The notes beneath the pieces are model-generated. The model was not told the origin of the DNA, ran no database searches, and worked only from the letters and a program-made list of their open reading frames with translations. DNA of 64,000 nucleotides from sequence record NC_017972.1. One strand, written 5' to 3'. This document shows, piece after piece, positions 8,520-16,991 of this stretch; positions within the stretch are counted from its first letter, which is position 1; every line of letters starts with the position of its first letter. The translations under genes were made by a program, and so were the position numbers.

Positions 8520-8929
8520 TTGCGTTTCTCCAAAATTGCCACGCGCTTAGAAACGCGGCGGGTTCTTCCATTCTTTTCATCGCTGCCAATCCAGACATAT
8601 TCGGAAAGGGCAGTAACGGTGCCATATCGAAGCGTAGAGCCGTTGTCGTAACCCACGGCCACCACATCGCCAATCTCAACCAGCAGGCCGCGCACGTCGC
8701 GATGCGCAGGCGGCACATAAACCGGCGCTGCAAAACGTTTCGCTAGATCGACCAGCAAATCATCCGACAGGTCGTTAATCAGCAGGCTAGAAACTTTGCG
8801 CCCGCGTTCTTTTCCGTTGAACACGAACCACGACCATTGCTTACCGTCGTTGGCACGTTCGATTTTCAGCCCGGATTTTTTCAGACGCTTGTTTACGTCG
8901 GACACTTTCGTATTGCGGCTAACAGTCAT
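8516..8929 (-). CDS. hypothetical basic protein
   Basis: 137 aa ORF, GAGG RBS. Confidence 0.75.
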   Translation of the reverse strand: MTVSRNTKVSDVNKRLKKSGLKIERANDGKQWSWFVFNGKERGRKVSSLLINDLSDDLLVDLAKRFAAPVYVPPAHRDVRGLLVEIGDVVAVGYDNGSTLRYGTVTALSEYVWIGSDEKNGRTRRVSKRVAILEKRK

Positions 8930-8936
8930 ACGCGCC

Positions 8937-9215
8937 TCAATTCTTTTTCAGGATTTCTTGAATTTCACCGCCCCACAAACCAACGTCGGGGATGCGCTCT
9001 TTGTCATGCGGCCAGTTCGGACGCTGCGGGCCATAAACCGTGTCGTCGTCCATTTCCGCACAAATGGTATCCGGGCAATTAATCCAGACCAGAACATCAG
9101 TCACGGTGCCGTTACCGGTTGTGCCGTCGCGGCTCTTAACGCGAATGCGAGTACCCGGCACAATTTTTTGCCCCTGCCATTCAAAGTAGGGAACGCTATT
9201 CGGTTTCTTGCTCAT
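8937..9215 (-). CDS. hypothetical protein
   Basis: 92 aa ORF, AGGA RBS. Confidence 0.7.
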   Translation of the reverse strand: MSKKPNSVPYFEWQGQKIVPGTRIRVKSRDGTTGNGTVTDVLVWINCPDTICAEMDDDTVYGPQRPNWPHDKERIPDVGLWGGEIQEILKKN

Positions 9216-9240
9216 GCGAAAATTCCTGTGTTTGGTTTTC

Positions 9241-9271
9241 TACCGACAAACCCCGCACTAGGCGGGGTTCT
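9241..9271 (-). repeat. 31-bp element identical to 8101..8131
   Basis: direct sequence identity. Confidence 0.9.
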
Positions 9272-9286
9272 TTTGTCATGCGTTTA

Positions 9287-9463
9287 TTATCCGACCATAT
9301 TCATATCCCGCGTTGTGTAGCCTTTGCGAATCGCCAGCTTTGCAGCGGCTGCGCGATGGTTCGCGTGGATTGTCAGCTTTACCGCGTTGCCGTCCTTGTC
9401 GGTGGCGTTAGATTCATAAGTGTGTTTGCTTTCGTGCAGGGTGCCGATAACGATGGTTTCCAT
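9287..9463 (-). CDS. small hypothetical protein (58 aa, METIVIGTLHESKH...RDMNMVG), absent from the ORF track
   Basis: GAGGA RBS, ATG 9463, TAA 9287; fills the gap in the operon. Confidence 0.75.
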   Translation of the reverse strand: METIVIGTLHESKHTYESNATDKDGNAVKLTIHANHRAAAAKLAIRKGYTTRDMNMVG

Positions 9464-9474
9464 TTTCGCAGTCC

Positions 9475-9855
9475 TCAGAAGTTTTTGATTGCGCGGTCGC
9501 GTGGGTTGGTGGTGCAGCGCACAATGGCGCCGTCCTTGTAGTAAACGGTCATGTTACCGTCGAGGCCCCACTGGTCAAAAATGAACAGGTCGAGAACGGC
9601 GCGGCCATCATCGGTCAATTCCACGCCTTTGCGGAATTCTGCCCAACCGTGCATGTCGTGCAGGTCGGTATCTGCCCAGTCTTCGGTTTGTGCAACGCGA
9701 GCCACGTTAAGCGACGTTGGCGTTTCGGAATCGGTCAGGCTTACGCGGGAACCGAGTTCGATTCGGCGCAGACCGGAGCAGCTACGTTTAGCAGCGGCGC
9801 GGATTACTTTGCACTCTTCGGCGGTTGGCTTCCAGACGTTGGCTTTCTTGCTCAT
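9475..9855 (-). CDS. hypothetical early protein
   Basis: first gene after P4. Confidence 0.8.
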   Translation of the reverse strand: MSKKANVWKPTAEECKVIRAAAKRSCSGLRRIELGSRVSLTDSETPTSLNVARVAQTEDWADTDLHDMHGWAEFRKGVELTDDGRAVLDLFIFDQWGLDGNMTVYYKDGAIVRCTTNPRDRAIKNF

Positions 9856-9948
9856 GGCTTAAACTTCCCTAATGGCGTGACTGTAATGTTTCCGGGCAAG
9901 CTTCGCCCGATTCGCCAGCAGGTTATCAATCTGGCGTCCAGCTGTCAA
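9856..9948 (-). promoter_or_regulatory. sigma70-type early promoter P4 with 5' hairpin and RBS leader
   Basis: TTGACA (9948-9943), 17 nt, TAACCT; cgggc/gcccg hairpin; CAGTCACGCCATTAGGGAAGTTT identical to P3. Confidence 0.85.
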
Positions 9949-10035
9949 CAGGCAAGCAAACGCGGGCCGTGCTGCCTTCTATACGCGGGCGCGTGTACGT
10001 GCGCGTATAAGCAAAGCGCTGGCGCCAGAAACGAC

Positions 10036-10060
10036 AAAGCCCCGCACAAGGCGAGGCTTT
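10036..10060 (-). terminator. intrinsic terminator hairpin
   Basis: aaagcctcgc/gcggggcttt stem followed by GTCGTTTCT, the same tail as at 267. Confidence 0.7.
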
Positions 10061-10063
10061 TGG

Positions 10064-10603
10064 TTAGGCGGCTTCTTTGGAAAGTTCGACAGAGACGATT
10101 GGGCGCGTGGGATAGTAGAAGTCCCGAACGTGCTTTTCGATTCTGATTAGTTTGCAGTACAGGCGCAGGTGGGAACCCTTTTCAAACTTGACGACAAAAA
10201 GTTTTTCGTCTGGCAGCGCCCCTTTCCTAAATTTCAGGTCGTCAACAATTCGTTGGAAAGCTTTTGCCTGTTCCAGTTTGTCAAACCAAAAACCTTGCGT
10301 CGTATCATGCGGCGTCATTACTTGCACAACTGGCGTGACGCGGGAAATTTTTCCGTACATGAATGCCGCCTGCTCGGCCAGCTCTTCAATCGGCTGCGCG
10401 TCCAGCTTCGCAAAGAATAATTCAACCATGTGCAGGATTTCGTAGTAATCGGGATCGTGCTTGCGGTTTTCGATTGCCTGAATCCGGGCAGGCTCGATCA
10501 TCAGATATTTTGCCAAGTCGGATTGGCTAACGTTGAGGCGTTTGCGCCATTGCTGCATCTGGCGGGCGGTGATTCTGCGCATTTTATTTTTCCCTAATCG
10601 CAA
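10064..10603 (-). CDS. XRE-family HTH protein (start probably 10582)
   Basis: MQQWRKRLNVSQSDLAKYLMIEPARIQAIENRK is a typical HTH_3 pattern. Confidence 0.7.
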   Translation of the reverse strand: MRLGKNKMRRITARQMQQWRKRLNVSQSDLAKYLMIEPARIQAIENRKHDPDYYEILHMVELFFAKLDAQPIEELAEQAAFMYGKISRVTPVVQVMTPHDTTQGFWFDKLEQAKAFQRIVDDLKFRKGALPDEKLFVVKFEKGSHLRLYCKLIRIEKHVRDFYYPTRPIVSVELSKEAA

Positions 10604-10630
10604 AAAGCCCCAGCGGTTAGGCCGGGGCTT
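10602..10630 (-). terminator. intrinsic terminator hairpin (GCCTAA loop)
   Basis: aagcccc/ggggctt stem plus T5. Confidence 0.75.
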
Positions 10631-10639
10631 CGTTATCGC

Positions 10640-11092
10640 TTATTGCTGGTGGTTGGCGTACAACTCTTGCATCAGCTCAGCGGCTGCGTCGGGATCATCC
10701 CCAGCCGGAATTTCCACGCTAATGATCTGCGTTTTTGGTTTCGGCTTGTCGCGGATTTCCAAATTGTAGAAGAAGTGGCTCTCAGGATCGTTAATCGATT
10801 GCTTTTCGCCCGGTGCGGCAAGGCGAACCAGAAAACGGCGGTTGCTTTCATATTCGCCCGTGATCCAATCGCCAAATTCCCGATGGAATGCGGAACCGCA
10901 CAACACTTCGGAAAGTTGCTCATGGAACTGGTTGCGAGTGAGGCGCGAAAACTTCAATTTTGCAAGCAGCTCGCCGGAGTCAAAGAACGCCGTGGTCTTA
11001 CCGGATTCGACGGTTGCCTTCACGATTTCAAGCATCGCCTCTTCGACTTTAACGAGGTCAGCGTTATCGTATTTTGGCATGGACTTTTTCAT
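10640..11092 (-). CDS. hypothetical protein
   Basis: ORF with GGAG RBS before ATG 11092. Confidence 0.7.
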   Translation of the reverse strand: MKKSMPKYDNADLVKVEEAMLEIVKATVESGKTTAFFDSGELLAKLKFSRLTRNQFHEQLSEVLCGSAFHREFGDWITGEYESNRRFLVRLAAPGEKQSINDPESHFFYNLEIRDKPKPKTQIISVEIPAGDDPDAAAELMQELYANHQQ

Positions 11093-11194
11093 TGCATTTT
11101 CTCCACCAGTCTCAAAGAATGCACCGTGCGCCAGCCGACCAGTGAAAAGCCAGCGCATAGTGTTTGTTGCTTTCTTACTATTTACAGTTTTCGC

Positions 11195-11542
11195 TTACAG
11201 CAGAATGCCGGTGCGAATCAGACGGATTGTCGAAGCGCGTGCGCTACTGAATCCATATTCGCGAACCTTGAACGGAACCAACATCGCGTGAAAGCGATTT
11301 TGTTTGTATTGGTTTTCTTGGTCGAGGTGATCGGCTTCGACGGTAACGGCAGCTTGCACAATGAATGCAGCTTTTTCCTGCTTGGCGTCTTTCGGTTGGC
11401 GTTCAACCGAATTGAAGTAAACGCCGTCAGCACGCTTCAACGAGGTCAGCAACACTTCGTCAATGTCCGCACTCGCCGGAATGAAATAAACGTCCAATTG
11501 CTCGGGCCATTGTTCATACGTGAGCAGAATGGAATCGCGCAT
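11195..11542 (-). CDS. hypothetical early protein
   Basis: first gene after P5. Confidence 0.75.
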   Translation of the reverse strand: MRDSILLTYEQWPEQLDVYFIPASADIDEVLLTSLKRADGVYFNSVERQPKDAKQEKAAFIVQAAVTVEADHLDQENQYKQNRFHAMLVPFKVREYGFSSARASTIRLIRTGILL

Positions 11543-11632
11543 CGGAAAACTTCCCTAAAAGTGTGAGTGCTTTTGTTCCGGGCACAGCAAGGCCCGGACT
11601 CGCATTATGCCGCCCTAGCCCGCGTCTGTCAA
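11543..11632 (-). promoter_or_regulatory. sigma70-type early promoter P5 with 5' hairpin and RBS leader
   Basis: TTGACA (11632-11627), 17 nt, CATAAT; tccgggc/gcccgga hairpin; TTAGGGAAGTTT. Confidence 0.85.
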
Positions 11633-12127
11633 GCCTGCCTGCGCGCTGGCTAGACGGGCCTCGGTGGCCGGTGGGTGGCCGTTGTAGCCTTCGACGCTGC
11701 GGGTCCACGCATCGGGCATTAATTGCACTTCATCACGACCGGCCAGCACGGCGCGTACCTTCGGCGTTTCGCGGCGGCTAACAGGGATAATCAAACCGTT
11801 AATAAGCGTGATTTGATAGAGGCCGGTGGGCAAACGTTTCATATGGGCAATGGCGGAGGCGCGCACCAATGCCTTGCGGTGAACGCGAATGAAATCAGCA
11901 AACTTTTCTTCGGTTGCAAATGTTGCCAACGCTTTGTCCGTCATCGGGTGGAAGTCGGAAGGCTGCGCATTAAGCAAATGGAATTCGACGTACTTGTTAT
12001 CGCTGACCAGCGCCACAATATCATCGCTGTTGAATTGCGCTACCCGTTTGCCACAAACGATTGTGTAATCAAACGGGGAATCTTCTGCGGCGGTTTCTTC
12101 TACGGTTTCAATTGCGGCGCTGTCCAT
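11615..12127 (-). CDS. stand-alone LytTR DNA-binding domain protein
   Basis: DDIVALVSDNKYVEFH...FIRVHRKALVR...YQITLINGLIIPVSRR is a classic LytTR signature; no receiver domain. Confidence 0.85.
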   Translation of the reverse strand: MDSAAIETVEETAAEDSPFDYTIVCGKRVAQFNSDDIVALVSDNKYVEFHLLNAQPSDFHPMTDKALATFATEEKFADFIRVHRKALVRASAIAHMKRLPTGLYQITLINGLIIPVSRRETPKVRAVLAGRDEVQLMPDAWTRSVEGYNGHPPATEARLASAQAGLTDAG

Positions 12128-12136
12128 CGATGTTCC

Positions 12137-12745
12137 TTAACTATTCAGGAGTTTCAGCAGCATTTGCTTTTCTTGCTGCGAGCGGTTTTTCACGCTGTCG
12201 CGAGTTTGCTGGCTACTGGATTTAAAGTAGGTGTTAACCGTGGCACCGCGATAGTCCTGCACCTTTTCGATGAAGTCTTTGTCGCTGCCCCGGAAATTAC
12301 TGCCGAGTGCTTTGATAATGATCGAAGTATTTCGACCATATTGCACGGCTACGCTGAACACGCATTCACGCACCGCGACATGTCGGTCATCGACGTTAAT
12401 GCCTTCGGCTTTCAGCTTGGCCGCTTGTGGATCGTAGTGCGAAGCCGCGATGTATTGGAACTGGTCCCGTTCAAACGCGGTCGGCGTTTCATTTGCGATT
12501 TTGTTGTACACGGAAGTAAACGCAGCGGTTCCCGGTTTCAGTCCTGCGAATTGCGCACGGTACGGAGCACCGAACGGAGATTCAAGGAACAGAGCCATAG
12601 AGCCGTTATTCGACGCCAGCTGATGCTTGCCGTAGCTCACACCGCCGTTGTCACCTTTGCCGGTAGAAACGGTTTTTACACCACGGCCACCGGACTCGAA
12701 AAAACCGGAAACGTTTCCGGTAATTTCAACGCGTTTATCAGACAT
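12137..12745 (-). CDS. putative endolysin, lysozyme-like (resembles the VgrG3 C-terminal-like family)
   Basis: FESGGRGVKTVSTGKGDNGGVSYGKHQL motif; same domain occurs in the tape measure protein. Confidence 0.7.
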   Translation of the reverse strand: MSDKRVEITGNVSGFFESGGRGVKTVSTGKGDNGGVSYGKHQLASNNGSMALFLESPFGAPYRAQFAGLKPGTAAFTSVYNKIANETPTAFERDQFQYIAASHYDPQAAKLKAEGINVDDRHVAVRECVFSVAVQYGRNTSIIIKALGSNFRGSDKDFIEKVQDYRGATVNTYFKSSSQQTRDSVKNRSQQEKQMLLKLLNS

Positions 12746-12807
12746 AGTTTTTCCTCTTGGTTGGGGATGAAGCTATGTCTAAATTATCGCAAACAAAACG
12801 CCGTGTT

Positions 12808-13368
12808 TCATTTCCGCATGTACGCTAACGGGATTGGCAGGCCGTTAACGATACGCCACTTCGTACTCTCGCCGCACTTGGCGCAGTCGTGGTAGAAGTG
12901 ATTTCTTTGCACGATTTTTACTTTCAGTTCTTGGCGGGGTTCGTCCTGCAAAAACTGTTGGCATTTCGGACACTGCAAATCTAGTGCGCCCCGTGCAAAA
13001 CCGTCACGACCGGGATCGCCTCTGTCGCCTCGGGCGCCCATCATACCGCACGGGCCAGCCGGACCGGTAAACTTGTAACGAACCCGATTTTTCCAACGCT
13101 TGATCAGCGGCTCACGCTTGTAAACCACACCGATATATTCTGCTTCCATTTGCGTAGCCAAACGTACAGCACAGCGAACGGCAATGTCTTCAAAATCAAT
13201 GTCGCCGTGGATATCAGCGGCATCTAGGTCTTCCTGAAATTCTTGATCTGCAACATTGTGCCAGAACAAACCGAAACGCTCACGGCGTTGAACCAAATAG
13301 GTGTCGGTTACGAATTCCAAAACGCGGATTTTTGTCACTGGGCGGCAGGCGAAACGTAAACGTGCCAA
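12808..13368 (-). CDS. protein with a short collagen-like segment and Zn ribbon
   Basis: 8 Gly-X-Y triplets (GPA GPC GMM GAR GDR GDP GRD GFA), then CPKC...CAKC. Confidence 0.7.
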   Translation of the reverse strand: MARLRFACRPVTKIRVLEFVTDTYLVQRRERFGLFWHNVADQEFQEDLDAADIHGDIDFEDIAVRCAVRLATQMEAEYIGVVYKREPLIKRWKNRVRYKFTGPAGPCGMMGARGDRGDPGRDGFARGALDLQCPKCQQFLQDEPRQELKVKIVQRNHFYHDCAKCGESTKWRIVNGLPIPLAYMRK

Positions 13369-13610
13369 ACCAACTCTTCGTTGTGCGTGGTCACGGTGCC
13401 CACGAAACGGCCCGGCGCTTCTGGCATCGGATTGCCAGTGCCGTAGATTGCAATTTCTACGTTGGCTTTTTGCTCAGCTTCTGGATTTACTTCTGCGTAC
13501 AAAACAAGGTCGCCGCGCTGGTTCATCACGCTCAGAATAACGTGACCAGCAGGCAGCTCGATAGTTTGGCGATCAACCAATTGCAGCTTAGTTTTCCAAA
13601 TGGTTTTCAT
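13335..13610 (-). CDS. conserved phage hypothetical protein
   Basis: 91 aa; resembles a widespread small phage family (IWK..L...GTG.P...VWHVY). Confidence 0.75.
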   Translation of the reverse strand: MKTIWKTKLQLVDRQTIELPAGHVILSVMNQRGDLVLYAEVNPEAEQKANVEIAIYGTGNPMPEAPGRFVGTVTTHNEELVWHVYVSPAAQ

Positions 13611-13653
13611 GCAGTCCTCTCGTTTAGGAAACGGGGATTTCTCCCCGTATGGT

Positions 13654-14529
13654 TTAAACCAAATTCTTTAGCAGGATGCGAGCGCTAGGCTCACACGCGT
13701 CACCGCTACAGGCCTGACCTGCGTAGGATTGCGGAGGCGATTGGAACGTCTCGTAAACAAACAGGCGATAAGCCATTTCATCGCCCAAATAAACTTTGCG
13801 CAGATTGACGGACAGCTCAGAGCCACAACGGTTTACCTTATCGATCAGGTAGGAAAGTGCGCTCGGAGAAAACGCATTAAATCCTGCACCAAATCTTACG
13901 TCGTGGTGGTCGTCTTCTGCGACGTAGGCGTTTTGCTTGATCAGCTGCGCGTGCATGAGTTGCGGATTCAGGTAATACGGCTGCTCGCCTTTACGTCCCA
14001 ACTCAGGGTGCGAATCCCAATCGCCGCGCATGGAATTAGGACCACGGCAATAACGGGCCTCTTCACCGTCAAAGTGCCAATTGAGTTTGCACTCTTTGAC
14101 GTTTTTCCACTCTTCAAACAGAGCACAGACAACCTGATTCTCTACGCTGCGGCTTGGGAACAAAACTTGGAAATCGCGGCGCCAGTTAGACGAATGGCGG
14201 AACGAATAAATCAATGTATTCAGCAGATCAGCAAAGCGGATAAAAGATGCGTCTTTCAGGTGCTCAACGTCGGGCGTGAAAATGACGTGACCGGAGAAAG
14301 TTTTAGTAGGGATGGAACCGGGATCGGTGTCGAGGCCATACGCCAGCGCATACTGGGAACGGCCCGCGTTTTCGATAAACATTTGTGCGGAACTTTCGGT
14401 CGGAGCCACAACGATTACACGGCGCTCATATTGCGAGTGCGGGTAGTGGTGGTGTCCGATGATTGCGGACTTTGCCAAGGCAAGGAACGCAGCGGTATCG
14501 CTGAACGTACTGTAGTTCATAATGGACAT
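13654..14529 (-). CDS. hypothetical protein
   Basis: 291 aa ORF. Confidence 0.75.
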   Translation of the reverse strand: MSIMNYSTFSDTAAFLALAKSAIIGHHHYPHSQYERRVIVVAPTESSAQMFIENAGRSQYALAYGLDTDPGSIPTKTFSGHVIFTPDVEHLKDASFIRFADLLNTLIYSFRHSSNWRRDFQVLFPSRSVENQVVCALFEEWKNVKECKLNWHFDGEEARYCRGPNSMRGDWDSHPELGRKGEQPYYLNPQLMHAQLIKQNAYVAEDDHHDVRFGAGFNAFSPSALSYLIDKVNRCGSELSVNLRKVYLGDEMAYRLFVYETFQSPPQSYAGQACSGDACEPSARILLKNLV

Positions 14530-14602
14530 TTTCTATTCCTTTGTGACATTCACATAAGTTTGAATTGCGCTGCGCTATGCACAGTCGCTTTTGGTACAAC
14601 GG

Positions 14603-15007
14603 TTACAACTTGCTTCTAGCGTGTGACAACCCACGGAGCAAACGATCTGCTTCGTGTTTTCCTGCAAAATAAACCAAACGCTCATACGTGAAATCGTACA
14701 GCTTTGCCCAACCGGGCGCGACTTCGTGGCGCAAATAGGCAGAGCGTAAAATCGTAACGCAGCGGCGCGGATCGTAAATGCGATGCGCTTCTGCGAAGAG
14801 GGATTCCAACCAGTCTTCGTCGAGGTCGCTGATATAGAAAAGCGCGTCCACAATCACGCTGCACCAGACGCGGTAAACGCCTTCCGTATTTGCAACTTGA
14901 ATCAAGTGCTCGACGGTCTGCTCGGGTACGACGTGGTACTGCGGAATGCGGCGCGGAATCTTAACTCTCTTTTCCGCTCGCCAAGGATTCGTAGACAGCA
15001 TGATCAA
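14603..15007 (-). CDS. hypothetical protein
   Basis: 134 aa ORF; start uncertain. Confidence 0.55.
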   Translation of the reverse strand: MIMLSTNPWRAEKRVKIPRRIPQYHVVPEQTVEHLIQVANTEGVYRVWCSVIVDALFYISDLDEDWLESLFAEAHRIYDPRRCVTILRSAYLRHEVAPGWAKLYDFTYERLVYFAGKHEADRLLRGLSHARSKL

Positions 15008-15290
15008 GCCCCGTGATACGCATCAGAAGATTTCGGATCAAAACAACTTCGTCGCGGACGTAGTTGTACAGCGTCTCGAAGTCTTCTTCGTCATTCAGCA
15101 GATAAGAATCGGACGGGGAATTTTCCGAACACCAAACGCAACGGTCGCACATGACGATGCTGAATGCCCAGCCGTTGTAAACGATCTGCATCAGTGGCAG
15201 ATTTTCTTCTTCTTTTTCTGTTTGACAGGCGCCATAGGCGTCATTGTTAAACCGTTCAACTACAGCAGTCGCCAGCTTCAACAGGTCCAT
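14961..15290 (-). CDS. hypothetical acidic protein
   Basis: 109 aa ORF with RBS. Confidence 0.7.
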   Translation of the reverse strand: MDLLKLATAVVERFNNDAYGACQTEKEEENLPLMQIVYNGWAFSIVMCDRCVWCSENSPSDSYLLNDEEDFETLYNYVRDEVVLIRNLLMRITGLDHAVYESLASGKES

Positions 15291-15301
15291 AAAAATTCCC
15301 C

Positions 15302-15673
15302 TTAGTCCAACAGAATGCCGAAATCTTTCCAGACTTCATCTTTGGTTTTGCCGTGCGTCTCACGGTCGATTGTTTGCAGCGCTTTGATCTGGTGCTTGAG
15401 GTTGGAAATTTCCTTGAGATTTTTGCGGATCAGACGCAGCCACTGCGCACGGGAAAAGTAAAACGATTCCGGGCCAAAACCTTCCGGGCCAGCAGAGTCT
15501 TCGGAACCCCGCCACACAATAGCTTTGACACGCTGGGCGCGTTCATCATCCTCGGGAAATTCAAAGCGCAACCGGATAGATTGCTGCTTGAGTTCTTTCA
15601 TTTTTGTACGGGTTGCCCAGTACGCTTTTTCGTACAGCGAGTTCGGGTGGTTTTCAGCTTGGGTCATGGTCAA
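15302..15673 (-). CDS. hypothetical protein
   Basis: 123 aa ORF. Confidence 0.7.
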   Translation of the reverse strand: MTMTQAENHPNSLYEKAYWATRTKMKELKQQSIRLRFEFPEDDERAQRVKAIVWRGSEDSAGPEGFGPESFYFSRAQWLRLIRKNLKEISNLKHQIKALQTIDRETHGKTKDEVWKDFGILLD

Positions 15674-15976
15674 TCACCATTGATTGATTTGAATTGGCGG
15701 TAAATTGCGCCGCACAGCATGTTGAATTGTGTGGTGCAGTTCCGATTGCGTATAGTCGTCATCCCGCATACGGTAGTGCGTGTAATCGCGGTAGTTTGGT
15801 GCGCCATTGTCGTGGGTTTGCGCGTAGGAAACACATTCACGCAAAATCTGCCACGATATGGACAAGTCACGCAGGCGCATAGCATACAGCTGGCCTACGG
15901 CGGTCACATGGAAATCAGATAGCCCAGCTCGCCGGGCAGCTTCCAGCGAAGCGAACAAAATAATGTATTCGTTCAT
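15674..15976 (-). CDS. hypothetical protein
   Basis: 100 aa ORF. Confidence 0.65.
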   Translation of the reverse strand: MNEYIILFASLEAARRAGLSDFHVTAVGQLYAMRLRDLSISWQILRECVSYAQTHDNGAPNYRDYTHYRMRDDDYTQSELHHTIQHAVRRNLPPIQINQW

Positions 15977-15990
15977 TTCACATTTACAGA

Positions 15991-16314
15991 TTAGGAAACG
16001 GTTGGGTCAGGCACGGCATACTTTCGGAAATCTTCGTCGCCCGTTTCCTTGTGAGCGAGGTTGCCGACAGAGTTGGTCACGAACATTCCCAGCGGCAAGA
16101 AAATGCGCGGGAATTCGTCGTGCCAAACGCCCGGATGATCAGTAGAATCGCCGTTCACGTATTTGCGCGGACCACACACGCAGCAAAGCTTTTTACCCAT
16201 GCGTTCTGGTGCGTAAGACCAATCGTAGTCCTTGAGAAAAAGCGTGAACATTCTCACGCCAACGAACGCCGTGTTTTCACAACATCCACAAACGTCGCAT
16301 TGAAATAAACTCAT
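15991..16314 (-). CDS. Cys-rich (Zn-binding) hypothetical protein
   Basis: CDVCGCCEN...LCCVCGP. Confidence 0.7.
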   Translation of the reverse strand: MSLFQCDVCGCCENTAFVGVRMFTLFLKDYDWSYAPERMGKKLCCVCGPRKYVNGDSTDHPGVWHDEFPRIFLPLGMFVTNSVGNLAHKETGDEDFRKYAVPDPTVS

Positions 16315-16637
16315 TGTGCCACCGCATCATTCAGGCGCTTAACCAAAGCGCGGAATTTATCAGAACTCATTGTGTGTGAGTGCTCCGACGTTTCGATACC
16401 AAACGGATTGGTATCACGCAGTTTGATCTTGCGGGTTTTCGTGGAATTTTCCACGCACCATTTCAACGCGAAAGCGTAGGGATCGTAGACATGTGAAATG
16501 TTGATTACGTCGAAGCCTGAACGGCGAAGGCCGTAACGTTCAAAGCAGTCCCAGTATTCAACAAAAACTACTGCGTATAATCCACGCATTTCAAACGTCG
16601 GAAGTCTGCCTCGCAACTTCGTCATATCGAACCTCAA
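16311..16637 (-). CDS. hypothetical protein
   Basis: 108 aa ORF, GAGG RBS. Confidence 0.65.
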   Translation of the reverse strand: MRFDMTKLRGRLPTFEMRGLYAVVFVEYWDCFERYGLRRSGFDVINISHVYDPYAFALKWCVENSTKTRKIKLRDTNPFGIETSEHSHTMSSDKFRALVKRLNDAVAQ

Positions 16638-16667
16638 AGGGTTGGCCGTCCTTGGCCTGTTGTCCGT

Positions 16668-16979
16668 TTAGGCTACCGGTGCAGCCGGGGCTTGCGTGTC
16701 TACTTCCAGCTCTTCGTCTTCGTCTTCGTCATCTTCTTCGTCTTCCTCTTCGCTATGGAAAGCGTATTGGAACGCGCCGCCGGAGAATACGAGGCTGTCA
16801 CCGAAACCGACAAAGGCGTCTGGACTGCCGTAGAAATGATGAACTTTTCCGCCCTCAAAATAAATGGCTTCGACCTGCACCACGTCGGTGTCTTCTGCCC
16901 GGTGAATCTCATGGACGGTCATAGCAATGCTGCTATTGTTCGGGGCGGTAACGGCACCAACGAATGGAACTTTAGACAT
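16668..16979 (-). CDS. hypothetical protein with acidic C-terminal tail
   Basis: EEEDEEDDEDEDEELE tract; AGGAG RBS. Confidence 0.75.
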   Translation of the reverse strand: MSKVPFVGAVTAPNNSSIAMTVHEIHRAEDTDVVQVEAIYFEGGKVHHFYGSPDAFVGFGDSLVFSGGAFQYAFHSEEEDEEDDEDEDEELEVDTQAPAAPVA

Positions 16980-16991
16980 GTGTAACTCCTG

